A stretch of 64,000 nucleotides of DNA from Eledone cirrhosa. Lineage: Eukaryota. The stretch is from the NCBI GenBank assembly GCA_964016885.1, contig OZ024748.1:10292001-10356000 (forward strand), in the 5' to 3' direction. How positions within the stretch are numbered: position 1 is the first letter of the stretch; the number at the start of each line of letters is the position of its first letter. The notes beneath the pieces are model-generated. The model made no database searches. It was not told the origin of the DNA and was given only the letters and a program-made list of their open reading frames with translations. The translations under genes and the position numbers were made by a program. Shown here in pieces: positions 52,650-64,000 of this stretch.

Positions 52650-53016
52650 GGACCGGGTGATATGTTGTTTCCTTGAGCAAGACACTTTATTTCACATTGC
52701 TCCAGTTTACTCAGCTGTAGAAATGAGATGATAGGACTGGGGTCCCTATCATTCCACTGCAAAGTGGGTGGAATGATAGGGACCCCAGCCCATATTATAA
52801 AGTGGTCGTGGAGGTGCCACGGAAATAAAAGCACCCAGCACTCACTGTAAATGAGGTTGGTGTTAGGAAGGGCATCCAGCTGTAGAAATCAAGCCAGAAT
52901 CAGTTCCAGTATGAGCAAGACAAGGTGAACCGACCGGACACTGCCCACAAAAGGACAACCTGTCTAACCTGTGCTAGCGTGGAAGAACGGACGTAAAACG
53001 GTGATGATGATGATGA

Positions 53017-53018
<2 letters not shown>
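52650..53018 (+). mobile_element. 5'-truncated SINE of the same family with (GAT)n tail
   Basis: Collinear with 25146-25360 and ends in ggacgtaaaacggtgatgatgatgat followed by (TA)n. Confidence 0.85.
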
Positions 53019-53092
<74 letters not shown>

Positions 53093-56000
53093 CCAACATT
53101 AAATCCTCAAACCTTTAAAAATATTATTTTAAACAGCAATTATGACTTCTTAATCAAAAGAAATAGCCAATATATTCTTCCATATTGCCAATACTGACAT
53201 ATGAATTGAAGTAGCAGAATCCTTCCAGGCATCAGATAAAATACCATTTGTTACTGATGGTTGAACTTTTGTTAAAGTATGGTTCAAAACAGCTTAATAA
53301 TGAAGAAATTAGTTATATTACTAAATCCATTCAAATGCTTAATTATATTTTAAATTAATTAAAAATCATGGGCAGTCTTTCATCAGAAATATGGTAACGA
53401 AAGGGTTAAAAGTTATTTTTTGCCATGACCATCCAGTCTTATAAACAGTTTATCCTAGACTACTTCATTACCCAATATGTCTGTTGTAATCTTTATACCT
53501 CTGCCAGGCCATTATATCAGACTTGAAACACTACATAAGGAATATATCGGATTAAAATTGTAATTCTCTTCTATTTCTTTTGAAACTTAACCTATAGTGA
53601 TATAGCATGAAAAGGATTAAAGATGTTGGGATGTGACTGGAGAGATTTTGTTGCTATTTCTATCTACTATGTAGGCAGCGAATTGGCAGAGTTGTTAGAA
53701 CGTTGGATAGAATGCTTTATGGTATTTGTTCTGTCTAGCTGCCCGCTGAGTTCAAATCCCACCGAAGTCAACTTTGCCTTTCATCCATTCGAGGTTGATT
53801 TAAAAAGTACCAGTCTGGTACTGGGATCTATTCCTCTCTCTCTCACTTTCTATCTTTTTCTGGAAGAAATCTGCTGTACTCAAACCTAGAGAGGGGTGGG
53901 CTCTGCCAGGCTTTAAATACCCAAGAAACGCTGTATGTCAATACAGTGCCCCTACAACCATCAGGAGTTATGAGACCATATTATACCATCCACCCTGTAG
54001 AGGTAAACGCATTGGACCGACACGGACATATGATTGTTAATAAAATGAATAAGAAATAGGTAGTGGTTGTGTCAAAGAAATAAATATATTCTATGAATTA
54101 TCGAAGTGCTGGGTGATTTGAAATTGAAAATGTGGCAATCCCAAACAGAAAATAACTGTAATATCAGTTGATCAGTATTAACAATAGCTTAGAAAATTGA
54201 GCAAAATACTCCTAAAGACCAAAAAATTGGCTAGTAGTCACTAGAGACAACCCTACTTTCTGTTCCAGTTATTTCCTACATTTGAGATTCCCATACTTTC
54301 AAATACATTTCTAAAATTGTTCACATTCCATTCCAAGTTCAATTCCCACTGGATAGAACCCAATAAAAGTATGTAGCAATTCAATCAACCAATTCTATAA
54401 AGATCATAAGGTCTTGGAGTTGATTTCTGGACTGACTGGCGCAATGTGTTCTTGAGTAAAGTGCTTCATTTCACATTGCTTTTCATAATAAAACTGGAGA
54501 CCCCTATCATTAAAATATCAGAGAAACCTATGAGATGCAACCTTGTAGGAGTTCAGCTGCATCAGGTAAATTTCACCTCCACCCTTTTAGCAGCTAATTT
54601 CTGTTTTCCATCATTCTCCAGAGCCAGGCAATGCCCTGGCCCCACATACCTAGACACAACATATGTCATTATTTATAGAATTTTCAGTAAATGGTCAGAC
54701 AGACAAGATAAAAAAACTATCAAGAAATCAACTATAAATTAGGTAATTTTAAAAGGTGATGGTTAAAAGTTTTCAAAGATGATATAAAACAAGATGAAAC
54801 AAAAAAAAAAAAGAGGTGGAGTGTCTCTCAGATAAAAATATAGATAAGATATGAAAATATCTATTGTGAACAAGTTGCCAATAAACAAAACAAGACTGAA
54901 CAGTTTACAAAGATAAAAATTAATCCTTTCAAGCGAATTTAATAAAGACTATGTTTGGGGTTTAATAACAGAAGGAATCAATCATGAACCCTCTACAATA
55001 GCTGTGAAGGTATGTGGTTAGGGTGTTGGAATTAATCATGGTGGCATGATAGGAATAAGGTCACTATCATTAAAATATGTAAGAAACGTAGTGTAGGTAG
55101 TAGTAAGTGTGAGCTACAAATTTAATTTACAAATGGCTGATAAGTAATATTTAAAGTGCTGAACTACAAAACAAAGTCCATAAGCACTCATCTTACTATA
55201 CCTATCTATCAATATATATATAGGCCATTATGTTATGTCACCCTGGGAAATGCACCTAAACACTCCTTGCTCCAGTTTCCTCTGATAGAAGAAAGATCTA
55301 TGTGGTTACTGATAGCAAGAAAAAACATCCAAGCATAAAGCTACAATAAACCCTCTCATCCATTCAAGCATGGACAAAGATATATATATTAATACCTCTT
55401 TTTTTTTTTAAACTGAAAACCCCACTTCCTGAACCTGGTTAGACAATAAGCACTAAACCTTTCTAAAAAAGCCACCTTCAATAGACTAGTAGTCTCGTCA
55501 AAAAATAGGGGAAGATTTATTTTTTATGTCTACTATTGTTGCTGTTCACACCTGTATAGGTTCAGCTGGCCTCCCACAAGGTTTCATAGGTGTTTTAAAA
55601 ATAAAGCCCCAGTCCTATCTTGTCACCATTTTTCTGGTGACAGGAGACAGGATAAATACAGCAAAGCATTTATTTAACCAGACTATCAATTTTCCAGGTA
55701 ATGTGACAATGGACTCATTGTCTGCATTATACAGAATACACAATAGTCTAGAAACCTACATAATGGAACCTCTTGAAAATCACAACAGGAATCCTAAAAG
55801 ACTGAATTGTATCAATAAATGTTATCCTACGTCTGAGCATGAATGCTGATGGACAGGAGTAGTGGTAATAGTCTTGGGAGCAGGGGGAACCTGATCCAGT
55901 GTTGGGAGTGGTTTTAAGAGGAAATACATTTGCCAGCAATAAGGTGACAAAAGAAGGAAGTGTCTCAGAGGATGCTATTCAAATCAACACTAATTGGATA

Positions 56001-56744
56001 GACTGGAAATAAGGATGAGAAAATAATTGTTTCTACTTTAGGCACAAGGCCAGCAATTACCCAGTGCATTACTGGTACTTTATTTTATCGACCCCGTAAG
56101 GATGAAAGGCAAAGTCAACCTCGGCGGGATATTTGTTTTATTAATGTAAAGACAATGCTCAATACAATTCTTACAGTAAATGAGCATATAATCTGTGCAA
56201 GGTATTTAAAATGACAAAGCTATACCAAGAAGTGTTATACAACCAACCATGTCGTGGAATGTCAAGTCTGGCTGTACAAAATGCCTGAGTATTGTCTGTA
56301 ATCCTAGTTCCATAAACATACACAAAAGACCACACTGCACTAACAAATAACATTTAAACAATTTAAAAGTATTTGTTTAATCTTAGGTAAACTTAGTAAT
56401 AAATTAAAAAACATTAAAAAACAAATACTATTTTCTCAAATATAGTCAATGCTATGGACTTGTTAAAACGTCGGATAGCATGCTTTGTGTTATACATTCC
56501 AGTGTTATGAGATCAAAACCCACCAAAATCAACCAACTGAGCCTTTCATCCTTTCAAGAATGATAAAAAAAAAGTACCAGTTAAATACTGGTGCTGATTT
56601 TTCCTTTATAACTCTGCTCCTCTGGAAGAAATTGGCTGTTTAGACCTGGAGAGAGGATGGGATCCACCAAGTCCAAAACAATATATGTCACTATTGAATC
56701 TCTTACAAATCCACCAAGAGTTGTACATAGAAACATACATAATA

Positions 56745-56960
56745 CCGATTTCTAGTATAGGCACAAGGCGAGTAATTTGAGGGGAGGGGAAAGTCGATAA
56801 ATCGACCCCAGTACGTTACTGGTACTTTATTTTATTGACCCCATAAGGATGAAAGTCAAAGTTAACCTCGGCGGGATTTGAACTCAGACCGTAAAGGGCC
56901 GTAACTCTAAACTGCTAAGTATTGTATCCGACGTTCTACCGATACTGCCAATCCACCACC
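56745..56960 (-). mobile_element. Second SINE family copy with apparent target-site duplication
   Basis: Same A/B boxes and central domain. ACATACATAATACC occurs on both sides (about 56733-56746 and 56965-56978). Partial copies at 56025-56130 (-) and 57435-57535 (+). Confidence 0.85.
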
Positions 56961-59121
56961 CTACACATACATAATACCAAAAATATATTTTAAACTAACA
57001 ATATAGGTTGATAAATCAGCTTGTGAAAAAGAGAACAATTCCAATATGCTGAGATTAGAAAACAAGTCTTAATTGCTGCCTCAGTATTAACAAAATCTAA
57101 CTCCCCATGTCCTTCCTTAGCTACATACAAAGTACTCCTGATAGAACTGAGAACCACTATTAACTTTTGTTTTATTTTGTTGTTTTTGTTTTGTTTTCAA
57201 ATTTAAAAGGATTTAACAAAATAAATGACCTTTTCATAATTAAGCAAGTGTTTAATGGCTTGAATCTGAATATGAAAACCAGACGTGGTTTCATGCATGT
57301 TTAATGTCAAAAGGGTAAAACATCCAAGAAAACCCCCTATGAGATGCAACCTTTGCAGCTGTGAGCCATAACAAAAACACAAACAACTAGAGATAAAACA
57401 ACAAAACTATATTCATGATCATTACAAGGTTCATTGCCGAGGTTGACTTTGCCTTTCATCCTTACGGGGTCGATAAAATAAAGTACCAGTAATGCACTGG
57501 TAATTGCTGGCCTTGTGCCTAAAGTAGAAACAATTATTTACTGATAATTGCAGGACTCCTCCTTCCATAAGCCATATATCAACAAGACCACCAGACATAG
57601 GATCATGGTGCTAGTTACAAAATTTCATTCCTTTAGACCTTGAAATGGTTAAAAGTACTCACAAGTGACTCATAGTTTTATGGTCATAGATTAAAATTAT
57701 TTTGAACAAGAAATATAGTGTGGAGAACCTTCAGACAAGAACAGAGGTAATTAATAGCTATTATATATGTAGTTATATAAAATGTAACAGTGGCATGTGT
57801 CACACATCATCATATTTGTTTGTACGACATTCAGTGGTGGATCTACTATGAAATTAATGAAGCTTAAGCTTATGGGTTGTAAAGGGGTCCCCATAACACT
57901 TCAAGCTCCAAGGCCCCAAAAACTGTTGATCAACTGCTAACCAAATTTCATAAGTAATATATTTCTCTTCAAGCTTTCCTTTAACCAACTGAGTTTTAAA
58001 TAGTTCTAGAGCAGTGTTTTCTAAAGTGGGTTTCAAGGTTTTTCATAAAATGTAATAATTTTTTTATATAAATTCTCTCTAAAACAATTTTTTAAATTTA
58101 ATTTAATGTTTCTTTTTTAATTAGCGGTGGGAATTATCTAATATATAAACATGGGTTCTTCGATTTTGGGAAAATAAATCATAGGGGTTATCAGATAAAT
58201 TTGGGACCAACTGCCATAGAATGAAATATTTGTTTGTTTTTGGAGTGTGGTATTACAGAATTCTTACATTTTTGAAAAGAATACAACTTCTGTAGAGGTA
58301 TTTTCTTTTATAACTTACTGATAAGAATGAGGCTAAATTACATTCCTAAATTACGCCTTCCTACTCACACTAAAATTAGAGCAATTTTAAACTAATTCTA
58401 CAGAAATCACTTCCGACTGTCATTTTTACTGACTTACTCTTCATTGCACCCAGCTGTCACAGAGAACTGATATAATGATATAATGACATATTCGATAAAT
58501 ATTGACTTGGTCTGTTTAATGAGATAAGCAATTAGTCCATATTCTAATACAAATTAACCATATTTAAAAAAAAAATTTAAACACTATCATACAGACAAAT
58601 CGAATATATTGTTGAAGGTAAAAATCTTTCATTGAAAATGAAACTGAATTAACATCGACTACTACGATCTACGTTATTTTAGATTCAGATACATAAATTA
58701 CGAAATACATTTACTCTGTGTTATAAATAATTTCCACATCCTAAAATACAAAATACACTACACATGATACCTTTTAATCTTATGTTTTATAGAAGAAATG
58801 AGATCAAAGAATTTGTTCTTGTTCATTCAACACCAAATTAATTCCTGCAAATATATAGTGTAGAAAATATCAGATGTTCCTAGATTTGGCAATTGCCCAC
58901 GTCCTCTCAATCTCTTTATTTTTTTTAGTGTGAATGTCAGCATTTACTAGATTAACAACATTCGGTGAATGGTTCATAGAAAAATGTTTGACTGATAATA
59001 AGTAATAAGAGTTGAATACTAAGGTCTAACTGGCACCATTACAATATATATATATATATATATATACTGGATCCCCTTCCCACCATTCCAAGCACCCAAT
59101 GGCCCTTCCTATGACCAGAGC

Positions 59122-59162
<41 letters not shown>

Positions 59163-61848
59163 CTGTTTCTGTACACGAATTTCGATTCCTCTATTTGTAC
59201 ATCAATTCCAACGCTACTTAAACACTACTGGATGATCAATACACAAGATTGATATCAATTCATACAAATCTGAATATGAAACTAATATTACGTAGCGCCG
59301 TCGTAAAATCAGTACCAATATCACTTTAAAATAGCTAGGTATAGGATACACATGTTTGGTTGAAAACGAGAGATATTTCCTACTCAAAGGTCTGACGAGA
59401 AACAATAATGTATATATAATGCCAGGAAAGTGGTGGCTAACGAAAACCAAAGACCCAGTATTCGGCAAAGCAATAAAACAAGCTAATTAAACGAAAAAAA
59501 AAAAAATGTAACAACTTGCATATAGATGATTATCAAAGAAAACGAAATAAGCGAGACAGGGAAGGTTATATACAGATTAAAAACAACACCTTTTCAAAGT
59601 AATGCCGCAAACAGTGACATTAATTTGAAAAACAATGCAAAACATATGTGGAATTTCCGGGGAATAAATTATTGAGCAAATAATAGAGCAATGAGTTAAT
59701 AAAACAAAGGTGACATGATATTATAATAATGAAGATTAATTGATTGACAAGGTACGTGGGAGGGAGATAAGACAGTAGAAGGGCAGGACTTTAGATGTAT
59801 TTTGTCACATTTCAACTAGTTTTATCTTTTTAAACGGGATTTCTTTAGGGTTTATCTTGTTGAAAACATTATTTGCGATGATAGCCATTAAGTATGATAG
59901 GAAATCGGGTGGAAATAGGTTGTGGTGTTCATACATCTCCCAAGGACACTAGCGATCGGAGTGAAAACAAATTCTCATAGCAACTAACGACGAATCAAGC
60001 GCGCGTACACTCAAAACACTTCATACACACAGATAGGAGACTTAACAAATCTAACTGAACAATAATCATCTAGTGGTGCTCATGCCTCCCCCAAGGACGT
60101 TTCATTAGCGATGTAGGTGAAATTACCAATAACTACGTACGTACTACAGACACACACAATACCCCTCTCCCCACTCAGTCTATTTCTCTAAAATGCATAA
60201 ACATACAACCAGAGAAATTAAGTACAGGGTCACACTGAAAATTTTACAGAGAGTGAGAGAGAATGACAAGAGTACACAGGGTCATGTCGGTATGGTAAGT
60301 CACGTGAAACCATAGCTTTATATATATATATATACATATATCGCAGTAGGCCAGCTACACCACCAACGAACTAACCAGCCAGTCAACTACCGCTAGACTA
60401 AACTAAAGCTGATAGAACAAGGTTCGCAGGAAAAGAGAGGAGTGTGTGTATTTGACATAGTTATATCTATATAGTACACACACATCTAGCTACTGTGGAT
60501 TTCACGAAGGCATCGTAATCAACAATTATAAAATATATATTGAAAAAAGGAGGGAATATATGTATATATGAATATATCTCGCTAGATATTTTCTCCACTC
60601 ATCAGAGACCTTTAAAACGATGACACACAGACAGACATCAAAAATTAGTCTTACTCAGGTCACGTGCTGGTAGATGTGAATTTTTTTTTTTTATAAATAA
60701 TTATTAGTAAGGCACGAGGCTTTTTAAATGAAAGGATGGTAGTGTAGTAAGTAGTACAGTGAATAAATAACTGGGACTTCCTTTCATTGACCCCTGGGGG
60801 GGATTTAAACTAAAAACGAACTAAATTAGGGAGAGAGAGAAATAAAATGATGAAATTTATGAAAAAAGAGGAAACTAATATTTTCTGTTGAATCTGGGTA
60901 GAAAATGCCGTGTCCATGACCCTTTTCACGGCCTTCAAAACTAATGAGGGAAGAAGACACCCTCAAACCGGAAACAGAGCCTGATTACTTGAAACAGATT
61001 GGGACCCAGTTAACTATAACCCAAAGGTTTGGGAACTGGTATAAAAACGGGCGACAGATTAAACCTGCTCTAGCCCTTTGCTCAAAAACATGGTTATTTA
61101 AAAGTTTCAAATCATACTTGATACTGTATAGAAGAAATTATATTAATACCCATAATTCACTACCATTAAAACGTGAGAAAATCCTATGCTCCAGCATGGT
61201 AACAGCCAAGTAACTAAAAGCAGAAAATGTGTATATTAAACGTGCATCTACCTAAAATCTATTTTTTTTTTTCTTACATGTAGTAAAATATTCTCCATAG
61301 ACACAATGCGTGAAAACACGTGTATTTATTGGGAGGGGGAGGGGGGGGGCAAAATGAGGCTCAACATATATCTGCGCATGAACTAAAACTTGAAACCGAA
61401 AGAAACCTTACAAGAAACACATTCTGCTTATATATACATCTATTGAGTGCTTTCATTCAATTCATGTTTGACGATGGTTTTACACAAAACACCTCCATGA
61501 ATATATACATATTAACGGCGCCATATATACATATAGATAATTCACGAGCTATTAAATTTAAATCACTTCACTTTTCTCTATTCAAAACTCAAAACAAACT
61601 AGTAAAACATGCCCTCTCTCTCTCTCTCGCTGCCTCCTATTGCATATATGTGTGTGTATGTATATACACACACATATATATTGAGTTCTTTTGATCACAA
61701 AGGTAGCCATTACCAGCAATTTATAATATATATTCACACACAAACACGTATGCTTGTGTCGATATATATATATATCTATGCATGCCTATATATTAGATTC
61801 TCTTTCTCACACATGTAGCCACCATCACGAAGAATATTATAATTCTGT

Positions 61849-61889
<41 letters not shown>

Positions 61890-62075
61890 TTAATCAATTT
61901 GCTTTGAGAGTATTTCGTTAATATATCTTTAAGTGCGGAAATGAAGTAGATGTATTATTTTGAAATGGTTGATCAACCAGTTATCTGAGTTCATTGACCT
62001 CATCACACAACACGCATTAAAACAAAAAATTTTGCAGTAAACACTACTTTCAACTTTCAATACACACACACACAC

Positions 62076-62119
<44 letters not shown>

Positions 62120-62167
62120 GTTTCTACTTTAGACACAAGGCCAGCAATTAACCAGTACATTACTGGT

Positions 62168-62268
<101 letters not shown>

Positions 62269-62958
62269 GTTTCTGTGTGTGTGTATTGAAAATGGACAGT
62301 AGTGTTTACTGCAAAATATATATATACACATATATATATATTGGCGCAGTGGTGGTTTTTATGATGAAATCACTAGATCATTTTCGGTGTGTGTGTGTAA
62401 TATATATATATTTGTGTGTGTGTGTGTAAACATAGCTTGTTTTTCTACATGCAATTACTCAATTGTGTATGTGCGTATATAAATATATATGCCGTATAAC
62501 AATATAAATATATACGCAACTATGACTGTACTTGCTATATACAACTATGCATGGAGGTGTTATATGTGTAAATGTATATATAAATGATTGTCATATATAA
62601 CATGTGTATAGAGTATTATATAATGTAGGTGGACATGAAACAATCACCTACACACATATATGTATATATATATAGTACATGTAGTATATGGGGAAGCAGA
62701 TTACATGCGTATATTGCATTTAGTGATTTGGTAATTATACACACACACACATGTATATATATTTATTATATATTACATGTATGACAAAATACATAAGTAG
62801 GTCATTAGTAGGAGAGAAAAACATGCTCATCGCCGTGAACTGTTATTATGAATACAACTAATTAACTAACATACTAGATTTAACACATACTACACAAGTT
62901 ACACATACTCAACACATTACACTCAGCCTCTACATTCCGACTTTACTCATACATTCAG

Positions 62959-62992
<34 letters not shown>

Positions 62993-63574
62993 CAACATAT
63001 ATATAATATATATATATATATATATAAAGAGCTGTGTGATTTTTCAGTGAGAAATCATTTTTTCGTCGTACATGTGCTCATAAAAAAATAAAAGGAATCG
63101 GTAGGAAAAGGGGCTAAATAAAAAATAAAAAGTCAAACCCCCTAAGGGTTAAACATACTGTTGTTATTAAGGAGTGGTTTTTGTGGTTGGGAGAAGAGAA
63201 ATAATATAAAAGTTAAAAAGCCGACGACCGCCATATTAAAGCTCAACGTTGTTGTTATAACCCCCCTAGTCTTCCGTATATCTCTTACTCTTTCTCTCAC
63301 TGTGGTAACTTGTGTGAGGGGAAAGGAGAGAGAGTGTGAGCTTTACTAGGGTTTATTTTAATATTTTTCGGTCTAATCTATGCATAAACATTCATATTTT
63401 AGTTATTATGGTAGGCAAAACATTAAATCGTTTACTAAATTTCTCGTTTGAAGGAAAGAGACAGCCACAGAGAAGAGTTTTAAAGCAGAAATGTTGAGAA
63501 AAACCGACATTTCACTACAATCGTTATGTATGCATGGTGGATACATTCACATAGATGTGTATGTATATTCATAA

Positions 63575-63607
<33 letters not shown>

Positions 63608-63756
63608 CTTATATTTATAGTAATAAATATGTGTATGTACAATAGACAGATACCTTTATATATATATATATATGTGTGTGTGTGTGAGAGAGAAAGAGTA
63701 TACAAAAATACATATATATAGACACAGAATGAGACATACATATATAGAAAGGATAC

Positions 63757-63917
63757 ACCTGAAGCTTTTGGCCCATCTCCTGGATAAAATTTGCGGCCAT
63801 CTGTCTGTAATGTAACTCCTTCTTGGGGTCTAAAGGATCAGGACCCCGTGTGCTGGGAGAATGAGAAATGTCCGTTTTGGTAAAAAGCCATCGTTCCTCC
63901 TTCTCAGACCCCGCCAT
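63757..63917 (-). CDS. CCNT: Cyclin T coding exon 1 (161 nt), MAGSEKEERWLFTK...KELHYRQMAANFIQEMGQKLQV
   Basis: Translation matches the cyclin T N-terminus (RWxF...KELxYRQxAANxxQxMGQxLxV). The ATG sits in a CCGATGG context. The exon ends at a GTATCCTTT donor, phase 2. Confidence 0.97.
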
Positions 63918-64000
63918 CGGAAAGATGCTGAAGAAGAGCAGCGAACAGGCAGAGGAAGCCCGCATGCGCAGACCGCACCGGACTTCCTTGACACGGTCTA
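63918..64000 (-). promoter_or_regulatory. 5' UTR / proximal promoter of cyclin T with NRF1-like and ETS-like motifs
   Basis: CpG-rich. TGCGCATGCGG at about 63960-63970 (NRF1-like) and GGAAGT at about 63982-63988 (ETS-like). Pyrimidine-rich leader before the ATG. The TSS cannot be determined. Confidence 0.5.

Noticed and set aside
63918-63965. In-frame upstream ATG giving MRASSACSLLFFSIFP
   Set aside because: It lies inside the NRF1-like motif and has a weak context. Homology starts at the ATG at 63917.

Overview
This is AT-rich, repeat-dense animal genomic DNA. The SINE repertoire and (TA)n/(CA)n/(GA)n load suggest an octopod cephalopod, but that is inference. One protein-coding gene dominates the window: Cyclin T (P-TEFb subunit) on the minus strand. 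I reconstructed it by eye as 10 coding exons from ATG 63917 to TGA 13353 (161+82+126+61+63+46+91+73+74+1326 = 2103 nt, 700 aa), and every junction is phase-compatible. Intron 1 (11.4 kb) is U12-type. Introns and flanks carry two tRNA-derived SINE families, a TTAA/piggyBac-type MITE family, Tc1/mariner-like MITEs, decayed LINE fragments and tandem repeats. The main unexpected signals are: (i) type-I hammerhead-ribozyme-like motifs (best at 18391-18462, sense strand of intron 7) in Penelope-like remnants beside (TA)n tracts; (ii) about a dozen local fold-back palindromes pivoting on microsatellites or on those motifs; (iii) a near-identical inverted SINE pair bracketing exons 4-7, which total 261 nt with no stop and would form an endless-ORF circle; (iv) a CpG-retaining candidate stop-containing exon in intron 3. 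Most short ORFs in the track are microsatellite or repeat artefacts. All alignments and folds were done by eye and none are computed.
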